Positions 35,814 to 45,200 of a stretch of DNA of 64,000 bases are shown here, piece after piece; position 1 is the first letter of the stretch; each line of letters starts with the position of its first letter. Where the stretch lies: positions 5,567-69,566 of the forward strand of contig JBAROV010000039.1 of assembly GCA_049642465.1 (NCBI GenBank), written 5' to 3'. Source of the DNA: Vicinamibacterales bacterium. Lineage in GTDB: Bacteria; Acidobacteriota; Vicinamibacteria; Vicinamibacterales; 2-12-FULL-66-21. The position numbers and the translations under genes are program-made. The notes beneath the pieces were generated by a model. The model worked only from the letters and a program-made list of their open reading frames with translations. It made no database searches and had not been told where the DNA came from.

Positions 35814-36626
35814 TCATGCCGGCCGCGCGATGCCGGCATCGGAAATTGCGGTGCCCAACTCGCGCGCTTCACGCTCGTCAGGGAGGCGGTGAGCGAAGGG
35901 CGGGTCGACGGCCGTACACACAACCGTCTGCGCAAATGCTTCCGACGCGCGAAAGTCGATCCGGAACCCGGCCGTCTGGAGCAGCGACATCAAGCAACTT
36001 GGACTGAGGCCCCAAAACCAATTGCCGTACCCTTCGTGCGGCTGGAATTCATTGCTGATGCCCGATTGATGCTGGACGCCGAGGCTCCTCAGGTTCCACA
36101 GCTGGCGACCGTTCTCGTTGAGCATCGGATAATAGACCGCCGCGTTGGGCAACCCTCGCACTTCCGGGATCGTGGAGCTGCGGAGGATTAGCGTTTCACA
36201 GCAGATTCGTCGCAGGGCGCTGAGCAGATTGAACGGACTGGGGTGATGGTAGAGCACGCCGGCGCAGAACACGACGTCAACGATGCCGACGCGCGAGATC
36301 GTGTCAGTTTGCACGATATCGCCAAGGATGAATTCCACTCGCGATGAGCGTGTTCGCTTTTTCTCGAGAAATTCAGGCGTGGGCCCGAAGACGTCGACAG
36401 CTTTCACGCTCGACGCGCCCGCCGCTTCAGCAAGGAACGCGTACTCGCCGTTGACACCCCACATGCAGCCGATATCTGCAAAGGACTTTCCGGGCGCGTG
36501 CCTGCGGATGTATTCGGGAAGTCGATCGTAGGAACCGATGATGTCGCCGCGTCGCGCACGCCAGCCGCGCCACCACAGGTTGACGCGTGGGATTTTCAGG
36601 GCCCGGACTTTCCAGCGGTACAGCAC
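35814..36626 (-). CDS. Putative class I SAM-dependent methyltransferase
   Basis: FADIGCMWGVNG (motif I-like) ... VKAVDVF ... VDVVFCAGVLYH. Last gene of the 43662-35814 operon. Confidence 0.6.
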   Translation of the reverse strand: MLYRWKVRALKIPRVNLWWRGWRARRGDIIGSYDRLPEYIRRHAPGKSFADIGCMWGVNGEYAFLAEAAGASSVKAVDVFGPTPEFLEKKRTRSSRVEFILGDIVQTDTISRVGIVDVVFCAGVLYHHPSPFNLLSALRRICCETLILRSSTIPEVRGLPNAAVYYPMLNENGRQLWNLRSLGVQHQSGISNEFQPHEGYGNWFWGLSPSCLMSLLQTAGFRIDFRASEAFAQTVVCTAVDPPFAHRLPDEREARELGTAISDAGIARPA

Positions 36627-36633
36627 GCGTCGT

Positions 36634-37851
36634 TTACTCCGTCATCCCGGCAATCCCAAGATAACTGAACACGAGCAACGTCGCGACGAGTAGCGCGTTG
36701 ACGGCCCAGCCGTTCCGAAGCTGACCAACCCACCTGCGCCGGTTGTTCATAATAAGCAACGTAACGGCCAAAAGCGGGAGAAATGCCGCGCCGACAGTCG
36801 CGTAGATCAGTTGGATCGTCCGCACGGGGGCCCACAGCCAGATGAGCGAAATCACGGCAAGCGCAAGGAGATACCCGCGATATTCCGGGCGCTCATCGAC
36901 GTCTCCCAGTGCCGGCCGTGCGGCGGCTGGCGATCGGCGGAGAGCAAGAAAGTCGGCAAACAAGTACGGCGTGCTTTGCCAGACGCCCAGCACGCTCGAA
37001 AACACCGCGCCCCAGAAGCCAAGCAGAAACGCGCCCCGTCCGATCGGCCCGAGCACCGATCCAATCTGTGCCGCGATATCCAGAGCGACTCCCGCTCCCC
37101 TGCCGCTGATTGAAATGCGCGAACCAATGACGATCATCGACACGCCGAAGAGCGCGGTCATCGCATAGCCGACGCCAAGATCGACTCGACACTCAATGAG
37201 TCCGCTGCGACCCGATCGCTTGCGATCTGCGATCCAGTAGCCGTAGGAGAGAAGCGTCACCGTTCCGCCGACGCCGCCGAGCACCGCCAGCGCCCAGCGG
37301 CTGAGAGCCATCGGCGCGGAGACCGCGTCCAGTACCGGCGCAGGAGACCCGGCGAGCATGGCAGCCGTGACGATCACGCCGGCGACCATCACCGCGACGC
37401 ACAGCCCCATGGCCCCTTCAAACCACTTGAACCCGCCGCGAACAACGATGACGACGGCGAGCAGGGAGTGCACGACGCCCCAGACGATCTTCGAGGTGTT
37501 GGCATCGCCGATCGGAAACAAGCTCGCGCCGGCGACGCCGCAGGCGTTCACCAGCGCACCGCCGACGACGAAGCTCCAGAGAAGAAAATAGACGAGGAAC
37601 GCCCACTGGACGATCGGATGCAGGCGAAGGATCCAGCCTTCGAGGAGCGTCGTGCCAGTGGCCATCTGCCAGCGCGCGATGCCTTCGTTCAGCGTCCACT
37701 TCAGCAGAGCGCCAACGACAGCAGCCCAGGCGACGATGACGCCAACTTCAGAGCCGGCAAGGCTGGCGGTGATGAGATCGCCGGCGCCGACACCGGTCGC
37801 GGCAATCAACAGGCCGGGACCGAGCGTCGACAGCGCGAGGCGCGGAGCCAC
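36634..37851 (-). CDS. Divergent Nramp-family transporter (canonical metal-site motifs absent)
   Basis: Nramp-like TM1 region LGPGLLIAATGVGAGDLITAS and about 11 TM helices. GVGAGD replaces the canonical DPGN. No MPH motif is seen in the TM6-equivalent region. Confidence 0.7.
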   Translation of the reverse strand: MAPRLALSTLGPGLLIAATGVGAGDLITASLAGSEVGVIVAWAAVVGALLKWTLNEGIARWQMATGTTLLEGWILRLHPIVQWAFLVYFLLWSFVVGGALVNACGVAGASLFPIGDANTSKIVWGVVHSLLAVVIVVRGGFKWFEGAMGLCVAVMVAGVIVTAAMLAGSPAPVLDAVSAPMALSRWALAVLGGVGGTVTLLSYGYWIADRKRSGRSGLIECRVDLGVGYAMTALFGVSMIVIGSRISISGRGAGVALDIAAQIGSVLGPIGRGAFLLGFWGAVFSSVLGVWQSTPYLFADFLALRRSPAAARPALGDVDERPEYRGYLLALAVISLIWLWAPVRTIQLIYATVGAAFLPLLAVTLLIMNNRRRWVGQLRNGWAVNALLVATLLVFSYLGIAGMTE

Positions 37852-37852
37852 C

Positions 37853-39211
37853 TCAGATGCGCGAGGGTTGCGGCGCGGTCTTCGCTAACTGCGATGCGTG
37901 GGTCTGGACCTTTCTGATCGCCTCGGCGATGTCGTCCATATCCTTCTTCGGCCCGAGCAGCATGGTCTGCGTCAGCCATACCGCTTCCGAGCAGAGACGG
38001 TCGTTCTGCGGACACTGGCTTTGCTCGCGCCATGAATCGAGGCGCGCCCTTGGGTACACGCCCTGAAGCCCCGGACGCGACAGCGCAGCCAGTATGAACG
38101 GTTCCTTGTTGAGCGGCGAGTAACCGCCAGAGGCGGGGATACCTTCGGCGCTGAGCGCTTTCAGGAACGATGGGCGCGGAAGTCCCGAGAACGAGGCGGA
38201 GTCGTAGCGGAACATATATAGATGATAGGCATTGCGCGTGCAGCCCTCGTACATCCGCGCCGGTCTGATGCCGGGAATCTGCTTCAGCAGGCTCGTGAGG
38301 TACGCGGCGTTCTGCTCACGGGTGCGCGACTGCTCTTCGAGCCGCGTCATCTGCGCCAGCAGCAACGCCGCCTGAAACTCCGTCATCCGTAAATTCGCGC
38401 CGGTGCTCTGGTAGGAAAAGTCGGCACCAGTATTTCTGCGGCCGCGGCTGTTATTGTGGAATCGGTAGCAGGCTTCGAGAAGCGCATCGTCATCCGTCAG
38501 GATCGCGCCTCCCTCGCCGGAGTTCAGGTTCTTGCTTGCCTGAAAACTGAAGCATCCGGTTCGACCGTACGTCCCAACCTTGCGGCCGCGCCATTCAGCC
38601 AGATGCGACTGACAGGCGTCTTCAACCACGGTCACGTTGCGCTTCTTCGCAATACCGAGAATCGTGTCGAGATCCGCAGCCGCCCCGCCAAGGTGCACGG
38701 GAAGAATCGCGCGGGTCCTCTCGGTGATGGCCTGTTCGACCTTGTGCGCATCGATCTGGAACGTCTCGATGTCGCTGTCCACGAACACCGGCATCGCGTG
38801 CATCAGGAGGACGGCGTTGATCGTGGCAATGAACGTGTACGGCGGGACGATGACTTCGTCTCCGGGCCCGATGCCAAGCGCCGAGAGCGACGTGATGAGC
38901 GCGCTCGTGCCGTTGGCTGTCGCGAGGCAACCCCTGGCGCCCGTCAGCTTGGCGTAGGCCGTTTCGAACGCCGTCACGTTCTGTCCGCGAAACCACTTGC
39001 CGCTGCGGACCAGATCGACGAGCGCCTTCTCTTCGCGCGCGTCGGCGACCGGCCAGGACGGAAATGGCTGGCGACGGACGGGTGCGCCGCCGAGGATCGC
39101 GGCGCTCGCCTGCGTGGTGCGCAGGCGCCCCTGTGAAGGACGCGCAGCAGCCAACGTGCCGCCGGCCACGACGGTTCCGATGAACTTGCGACGGGTGAGC
39201 TGTTTCTTCAC
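37853..39211 (-). CDS. DegT/DnrJ/EryC1/StrS-family PLP aminotransferase with twin-arginine signal
   Basis: [23 protein letters not shown] Tat motif. PLP-Lys region [16 protein letters not shown]. Overall DegT pattern. Confidence 0.85.
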   Translation of the reverse strand: MKKQLTRRKFIGTVVAGGTLAAARPSQGRLRTTQASAAILGGAPVRRQPFPSWPVADAREEKALVDLVRSGKWFRGQNVTAFETAYAKLTGARGCLATANGTSALITSLSALGIGPGDEVIVPPYTFIATINAVLLMHAMPVFVDSDIETFQIDAHKVEQAITERTRAILPVHLGGAAADLDTILGIAKKRNVTVVEDACQSHLAEWRGRKVGTYGRTGCFSFQASKNLNSGEGGAILTDDDALLEACYRFHNNSRGRRNTGADFSYQSTGANLRMTEFQAALLLAQMTRLEEQSRTREQNAAYLTSLLKQIPGIRPARMYEGCTRNAYHLYMFRYDSASFSGLPRPSFLKALSAEGIPASGGYSPLNKEPFILAALSRPGLQGVYPRARLDSWREQSQCPQNDRLCSEAVWLTQTMLLGPKKDMDDIAEAIRKVQTHASQLAKTAPQPSRI

Positions 39212-39250
39212 GATGGCTCCCTCGAGGTGCTTCCGCCTGCACGCGGACGA

Positions 39251-40618
39251 TCACGCTCTCGACATCAACTCTCGGACCTTACCCACGATCAGTTCTTCGA
39301 CTTCTTCAGTGAACGGGCCCGGGCGGCCGTAGTAGATCATCGCGTCTGCGCCCTCGTAACCGCCTTCGCGCAACACGCGAAGAGACGGCACGTAGCCAAA
39401 GACGTCGTTGCTATAGCCAGCGACCCACATCGTCTCGTTCTTGTTTTCGCCGGCCAGCCGCAGCGCGTAGTCGACAACGACTTCCCCGCCGAGGGCAACC
39501 ATGGTGAAATTTCCCTTCGACTCGCCAGCGGCACCGGCGCGCTCGCTCAGGGCAGGCCCAAACCGCCACACCTGCACAGGGTCCGGCTGCTTCGTCGGCA
39601 ATGGGCCCTGTCGCGCCATCAACGCATCGTAACGCTGGAGATATACCGAGTCCACTTTCAGTTGCTGCTTCCAGCGCTCGCGCGCGTCGGAACCGACGAA
39701 CGGTAGATCGACGGTGCCATACGAGGTGCGCAGCGACGAAGCAATGGCTGTCGCTGAGGGGAGTGCGCGGTCGACCGCGTCAGCGAGCGCGACGCCATGC
39801 GACTGAACAAGCTCGGGCGTCCCGCGCGGGCTTGGATTGGCATCAGCGCCGCAGCCTGCCACGAAGAGCGCCGTGGCGCCTTGATGTCGCTTTTCTAGCT
39901 CGGCCTGCGCGACACCGGCGTAATCCCCGTGGTATTGCACGAAGGCGTCGCCCAGCGTGGTGTTGTGGCACGCGTAGCCGAAGACCATCGCGACAGGCGT
40001 ACCGTTCGCATTGTCGATCCGGAGAATCGGTACCGAATGATCGACCGGTCCGAGCGGCTTGAAACTCACGCGCCGATTCGCGGCAAACGTTGCCTCGCCG
40101 CGCGAGTAACCGACACGGGCAGGGGCCAACCGCTTCAATGCTTCGCTCACGACAGCGATCAGCTGCTCCTCGAGTTTTTCGGAGTACGACCGGATGTCAG
40201 CCCATTGCTCCGGTGTGAGGTCATAGGCGACTGAAAGCTGTTCGTCGACGACCGGGCCGCAGTGCGTGTGGCTGGCGTTGAAAAGCAGATCCGCTCGCCG
40301 AATGCGATGCTGCTGTTGCAGGGCGGCCGAGACGCGATCCGTGATCCGTGCCGTGAGGCCGAGCAAATCCGTGGTGACCAGCACCACTGGATTGCCCGTG
40401 CCCGCCTGCAGCGCGAGCGCCTTTGCGTGGAGCGGTAGCGAGACACCCTGCGACGCCTGCTTGCGGCGCGCAAAGCCAGCCATCCACAGCGAGCGGTCGG
40501 GCGTGATGTTGATGGTCGCGACGCCGGCCTTCCAGGCAGGAGACCGCTGGGGCCTGATCAGAAATGCCGGTGCCACTGCCCCAGCAACAATGCTGCCGAG
40601 AAACGTGCGGCGATCCAT
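39251..40618 (-). CDS. Neutral/alkaline ceramidase N-terminal-domain-like hydrolase with twin-arginine signal
   Basis: MDRRTFLGSIVAGAVAPAF Tat motif. AGVATINITPD...WMAGFA...LHAKALAL...NASHTHCGP resembles the ceramidase_alk N-domain. Confidence 0.7.
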   Translation of the reverse strand: MDRRTFLGSIVAGAVAPAFLIRPQRSPAWKAGVATINITPDRSLWMAGFARRKQASQGVSLPLHAKALALQAGTGNPVVLVTTDLLGLTARITDRVSAALQQQHRIRRADLLFNASHTHCGPVVDEQLSVAYDLTPEQWADIRSYSEKLEEQLIAVVSEALKRLAPARVGYSRGEATFAANRRVSFKPLGPVDHSVPILRIDNANGTPVAMVFGYACHNTTLGDAFVQYHGDYAGVAQAELEKRHQGATALFVAGCGADANPSPRGTPELVQSHGVALADAVDRALPSATAIASSLRTSYGTVDLPFVGSDARERWKQQLKVDSVYLQRYDALMARQGPLPTKQPDPVQVWRFGPALSERAGAAGESKGNFTMVALGGEVVVDYALRLAGENKNETMWVAGYSNDVFGYVPSLRVLREGGYEGADAMIYYGRPGPFTEEVEELIVGKVRELMSRA

Positions 40619-40620
40619 GG

Positions 40621-43600
40621 TTATTGTCTCCCCACAATGAACTGCAGCAGATCGGCCATGTCTTGCTGCGACAATCCATCCTCGAGTCCTTCGGGCATCA
40701 TCGACTGCTCGAGACTCTTGATCCCCACGATGTTCGCCCGCTGCACCACGACAGGCTGGGCAAACGGCGGCCGCAGGGTCACGCTGATCTGCGTCTCGTT
40801 CTGCATGATGCCACTGAGGCTGCTGCCGTCCTTCAGTTCGACAAGATACAGTCGGTATCGAGCCTCCACCGTGCGATTCGGCTCGACGATGTGGGTCAGA
40901 ATCTCTTCCCGGTTCCAGCTCTTCACGGTCGTCAAGCTCGGGGCCACGACGTTGCCGTCGCTGCCGGGATCATGGCAGACCGCGCATCGCGCCTTGTAGG
41001 TTGACTGTCCTCTCAGGTCGCTGCCGCGGAGATCGAGAGCCGGCCGGTATCGTTCGATGACAGCGCGTCGATCGCCGGCCGCGGCACGGCTGAACAGTGG
41101 CGCTGCAGCCTCGCGCACCTCTTGATTCCGATGCGCCATCAGGAATGCCGTCTGCGTCGGCGTCAGCTCGTTGCGCAGCACCAGTCCGGACGCGATCGCC
41201 TTGACCAACGCCATGGCGCGTTCGGGACGCGCCAGCAGCACAGGAAGAAGCTCGCGGCGCTGGAGCGGCGTGAAACGCGACCAGCGTTGAATGATTCCAC
41301 CGGCGAGATCCGGGCGATCAAGCCTGTTCAATGCACCGAGGGCGGCGGACTGCACGGCCCGAGCCTCGTTGGTCGTCAGCAGCGTCCTCAGAGTCGCTGA
41401 CAGATCGGAGGTCGGCGACGTCAGGCCCAGCAGCTCAATCGCCTGCACGCGTGTCGATTCGACTGCCTTTGGATCCCTGACGGTTGTCAGCGCGTGATCG
41501 ATGAGCGGCTGCAATCTCGATTGAAACAGTGCCAGTGGAACATCGGCGCGCTGAAGGCCATCAGCAAATCCGGAGAGATACGCAAACGCGAGTCGCCGAT
41601 CCTTGACGGAATCGAGAAAGCCGAGCGCCGCGAGCAACTCGCGCCCCTTGTTGCGGCTGCCGATAACGCGCAGCAAGTCTCGCAGGAAGGTCTGACCGGA
41701 CGAAGACGCCGTCAGTGTGGCGTCAGAGGCAAGCCGTGAGAATACCTCGCCAGTGCCCTCCGCAAGCGAGGTCAGGACCGCGACGTGCATCCACGACTGG
41801 TCGACGTCCCGCTTCAGGAGTTCCGCGAGGGCGGAATTGCGATCGGGATGGGACAGTTCGCCGAGCGTGAATGCCGTCTGATATCGCACGCGCGCATCCT
41901 GATCGTCTACCCGTGCTCGCACCTGCCGCCAGAGCGCTTCGGATAGGTGCGCAGCAAACCTCTCCGACAGGCGGACGGCGTGTTCGCGAACGCCGGCTTC
42001 GGGATCCGCAAGCCCGCGGAGCACATCTGATTCGGACAGCGCGTCGAGACCCTCGAGCGCGTAGAGGGCGTGCAGACGACCCATCGCAGAAGAGGACTCC
42101 TCGAGCAAGCGCACGAGAGCGGGAATTGCGGACTTGTCCTGGCGTTCGTAGAGCAAGCGGGCCGCGGTTTCGCGGTGCCACGCGTTGGTGTGCGCCAGCG
42201 TGGCGACGAGTTCTGCCGTGGTGAGCCGACCAAGCCTCACGGGAGCAGGTCGACGGAATCGGTCTGGAACGATCCGATAGATCCGACCGCGATCGTTGCC
42301 GCGGTTCAGATCCTTGACGCGCTTGATCGATTCGGGGATGCCGTCTGAAAAGTCGAGAATCTCGCGATAGAGATCCGCCACATACAGCGCGCCGTCCGGT
42401 CCATTGGCGAACGCGACGGGTCGAAACCAGAGGTCGGTGGACGCGAGAAACTCTTCACTCGTCTCATCGGCCGCTCGCCTCGCGCGAAGCCCGACACCGC
42501 TGGTCGTGAGCGTACGATGGTGGACGAGGTTGTTGCCGGCCACTCCGACAAACGCGCTGTGCCGGTAGTCGGGAGGAAACGCGTCGCCGCGATAGAGCGT
42601 GACGCCGCTCGAGGCGATGAGGTACGCGGGCGGCTGCGGCGGCGGTCCGGCGAACACGCCTTCGGCACGCCACCGGTTCCGGATGCGACGCCAGGGATCT
42701 TCGGGGCTGATGCGATGGACCAGTTGCCGGTCATTCGTCTCGCCCTGGTCGAGCGCGATATCGATGCGCGCCGGCGGCGGTGAATAGTTGGGGTTCCGTC
42801 CGGCATAGCGATCTTCGTACATCAACATCTGCACCGCGTTCGTTTGCGTGCAGACGAACTTGCGTCCGTAGTCGTCAAAGCTCAGGCCCTGCTTGCCGCC
42901 TCCACTCTCGGCGCGCAGGCGGTGGCTACGCGGATCGAACGAGAAATCACGTCCACGAAGATCGAGCGGCGGCTCGCCGGTGGCGGCGACGGACACGATC
43001 GTGCCGCCGTGCCCCTTCGCTCCGTGAATGCGGTTGTCCAGACTCCACGTCAGGCTGTTCATGAACATCTGACTGTCGAGACGGTCTCGCTGATTGCCGA
43101 ACCCGGTGAACACCACCTGACGGATGTCTGCCACACCGTCGCCGTTGATGTCCTTCATATAGAGGAGATCTGGCTCCAGCCCGACGTAGACGCCGCCGTT
43201 GTAAGGAAACACGGCCGACGGATACCGCAGCTTGTCCGCGAAGATCGTGCTCTTCTCGAATGTGCCGTCGCCGTTCGAGTCCTCGAGGAGACGAATGCGT
43301 CCAATGCGTTCGTCGAACATCAGGTCGGTGCGCGTTTCGGATTGATACCAGCGCATCTCGACGACATAGAGGCGGCCGTCCTCGTCAAACGCGAGCTGGA
43401 TGGGATCGACGACGAGTGGTTCATGCGCGACGAGCTCGAGGCGGAAGCCTTGCTTGATGCGAAACGTCTCGAGCGCGTGCTCGGGTTCGACCGGCGGAAT
43501 GTCAGGGATATCGCGGGGATCGACTTCGAGGCCGAGAGAGATGTCGGTTTCGCGTGGATTGAGATACCTGTCGCGCGTCTCCGTACCGGCCGGCGGCTTC

Positions 43601-43662
43601 TGCTGGCTTTGTGCGGCGGCCACAGCCCCCGCCAGCAACAGCAGCGCTCCGATGGTTCGCAT
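40621..43662 (-). CDS. PVC-type dehydrogenase domain + HEAT repeats + C-terminal monoheme cytochrome c protein
   Basis: Sec signal (MRTIGALLLLAGAVAAAQS). Dehydrogenase signature (GFRLELVAHEPLVVDPIQLAFDEDGRLYVVE...LEDSNGDG). HEAT repeats. CAVCH at nt 40972-40986 in the heme-binding tail. Confidence 0.85.
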   Translation of the reverse strand: MRTIGALLLLAGAVAAAQSQQKPPAGTETRDRYLNPRETDISLGLEVDPRDIPDIPPVEPEHALETFRIKQGFRLELVAHEPLVVDPIQLAFDEDGRLYVVEMRWYQSETRTDLMFDERIGRIRLLEDSNGDGTFEKSTIFADKLRYPSAVFPYNGGVYVGLEPDLLYMKDINGDGVADIRQVVFTGFGNQRDRLDSQMFMNSLTWSLDNRIHGAKGHGGTIVSVAATGEPPLDLRGRDFSFDPRSHRLRAESGGGKQGLSFDDYGRKFVCTQTNAVQMLMYEDRYAGRNPNYSPPPARIDIALDQGETNDRQLVHRISPEDPWRRIRNRWRAEGVFAGPPPQPPAYLIASSGVTLYRGDAFPPDYRHSAFVGVAGNNLVHHRTLTTSGVGLRARRAADETSEEFLASTDLWFRPVAFANGPDGALYVADLYREILDFSDGIPESIKRVKDLNRGNDRGRIYRIVPDRFRRPAPVRLGRLTTAELVATLAHTNAWHRETAARLLYERQDKSAIPALVRLLEESSSAMGRLHALYALEGLDALSESDVLRGLADPEAGVREHAVRLSERFAAHLSEALWRQVRARVDDQDARVRYQTAFTLGELSHPDRNSALAELLKRDVDQSWMHVAVLTSLAEGTGEVFSRLASDATLTASSSGQTFLRDLLRVIGSRNKGRELLAALGFLDSVKDRRLAFAYLSGFADGLQRADVPLALFQSRLQPLIDHALTTVRDPKAVESTRVQAIELLGLTSPTSDLSATLRTLLTTNEARAVQSAALGALNRLDRPDLAGGIIQRWSRFTPLQRRELLPVLLARPERAMALVKAIASGLVLRNELTPTQTAFLMAHRNQEVREAAAPLFSRAAAGDRRAVIERYRPALDLRGSDLRGQSTYKARCAVCHDPGSDGNVVAPSLTTVKSWNREEILTHIVEPNRTVEARYRLYLVELKDGSSLSGIMQNETQISVTLRPPFAQPVVVQRANIVGIKSLEQSMMPEGLEDGLSQQDMADLLQFIVGRQ

Positions 43663-43840
43663 GGATGGCGGCAGTCTACCGCTGCATGCGGACTGGCGTC
43701 GAGCAGCAAGCGCTGAACACGCCGACGGCTCTCACGACGACACGACGCAGGACGCTGGCACGCCCCGACCGGGCAATCACGAAGGGCCTCTGTCTGCGAC
43801 TGTCGCTGCAGCTACTCTCGTCCGACGGTCGCTCGAAGAC

Positions 43841-43869
43841 TTGACATTCGGCCCGACGACTGTCATACT
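43841..43869 (+). promoter_or_regulatory. Sigma70-like promoter TTGACA-17 nt-CATACT for the gntR-ABC operon
   Basis: TTGACA at 43841-43846, a 17-nt spacer, and CATACT at 43864-43869. This is 16 nt before ATG 43885, implying a very short leader. Confidence 0.5.
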
Positions 43870-43882
43870 GTCATATGACAGT
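43867..43882. promoter_or_regulatory. Perfect 16-bp palindrome ACTGTCATATGACAGT (candidate YtrA/GntR operator)
   Basis: Overlaps the -10 element and ends 2 nt before the gntR ATG. An extra half-site copy ACTGTCAT lies immediately upstream (43859-43866). Confidence 0.55.
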
Positions 43883-43884
43883 CA

Positions 43885-44289
43885 ATGCTATTCCAACTGA
43901 ACTTCAAGTCCGGCAAAGCGGTCTACCTCCAGCTGGTGGACCAGGTGAAGGTCGCGGCAGCGTCGGGAGCCGTGCAGCCCGGCGACCCCCTCCCCGGCAT
44001 CCGGCCGCTCGCCGAGCAACTGCGCGTGAACCGGAACACGGTGGCGAAAGCGTACGCGGAGCTTGAAAGCCAGGGCGTAATCGAAACCGTCGCCGGTAAA
44101 GGCTGCTTCGTTCGGCCGAACAGCTCCCCGTTCCGGAAGGATGTCCGTCGCAAGCTGCTCGCCGAAACGATAGACGAAGCCGTCGTCCACGCACATCACC
44201 TTCAGATCGGAAAAACGGATTTCCTGCGGCTGGCCGAGGAACGCTTCGACGCGCTCGAAGACAAGCGGGCCCGCGCCGCGCAGTCATGA
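43885..44289 (+). CDS. GntR-family transcriptional regulator, YtrA subfamily
   Basis: 134 aa. Winged HTH PGDPLPGIRPLAEQLRVNRNTVAKAYAELESQGVIETVAGKGCFV with a short C-terminal extension. 4-nt overlap with the downstream ABC ATPase. Confidence 0.85.
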   Translation: MLFQLNFKSGKAVYLQLVDQVKVAAASGAVQPGDPLPGIRPLAEQLRVNRNTVAKAYAELESQGVIETVAGKGCFVRPNSSPFRKDVRRKLLAETIDEAVVHAHHLQIGKTDFLRLAEERFDALEDKRARAAQS

Positions 44290-45200
44290 CGCCTATGACC
44301 ATCCAACCAGCGATCCAGATCGACGGGCTTGTCCGGCGCTACGGCCGCACCGAGGCGGTCAACGGCCTCAGCCTCCGCGTGCAGCCGGGCCGCTGCTACG
44401 GATTCTTCGGCCGGAACGGCGCGGGCAAGACGACGACGATCAAGTGCCTGCTGAACCTGCTGCGGCCGACCAGCGGCGACGTGAGGGTGTTCGGACGCGA
44501 TCCCGCGCGAGATGAAGTCGGCGTGAAGTCACGAATCGCCTACGTGCCCGATTACGTGGCGTTCTATCCGTGGATGACCGTACGGCAGACGCTCGATTAC
44601 TTCGCGTCCTTCCGCCGCCGCTGGAACGAAGCGACAGAGGCCGCTCTCCTCGGTCAGTTCCGGTTGGATCCGCGTCAGAAGACGAGCCACCTGTCCAAGG
44701 GACAACGCACGCAGCTCGCGCTGATTGCTGCAATCTGCCCGGAGCCCGACCTTCTCGTCCTCGACGAACCCACGTCTGGTCTCGACCCGATCGTCAGACG
44801 CGAATTCATTGAAACCGTCATCGGGGCGTATCAGGAAGGCGCGCCCGGGACGCGCACGGTGTTCGTTTCGACACACCTCATCTCTGAATTCGAGGGTCTG
44901 ATCGACGAGTTCACCATCATCGATGCCGGTCGAGAAGTGCTGACGCTCGAGGCGGATACTGCGCGCGAACGGTATCAGAAGATCTACGCCCGCTTCTCCC
45001 GTGAGCCCGAGCGGCTCGACCTCGCGAATGTCAGCCTGCTCCGTCACGAGGGGCGGGAGATCGAAATCGTCGTCAACGGAGACTCCGCCGAGATCATCGA
45101 GCGTCTGAGAGCCCGTTCGCCCGACCACCTCAGTATGGAAGCCCTGACGCTCGAGGAGATCTTCGTCTCCACGCTCAAACCTCGGGCGGTCGTGGCATGA
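44286..45200 (+). CDS. ABC transporter ATP-binding protein
   Basis: Walker A GRNGAGKTT, signature LSKGQRTQ, Walker B LLVLDEPTSGLD. Confidence 0.9.
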   Translation: MTPMTIQPAIQIDGLVRRYGRTEAVNGLSLRVQPGRCYGFFGRNGAGKTTTIKCLLNLLRPTSGDVRVFGRDPARDEVGVKSRIAYVPDYVAFYPWMTVRQTLDYFASFRRRWNEATEAALLGQFRLDPRQKTSHLSKGQRTQLALIAAICPEPDLLVLDEPTSGLDPIVRREFIETVIGAYQEGAPGTRTVFVSTHLISEFEGLIDEFTIIDAGREVLTLEADTARERYQKIYARFSREPERLDLANVSLLRHEGREIEIVVNGDSAEIIERLRARSPDHLSMEALTLEEIFVSTLKPRAVVA

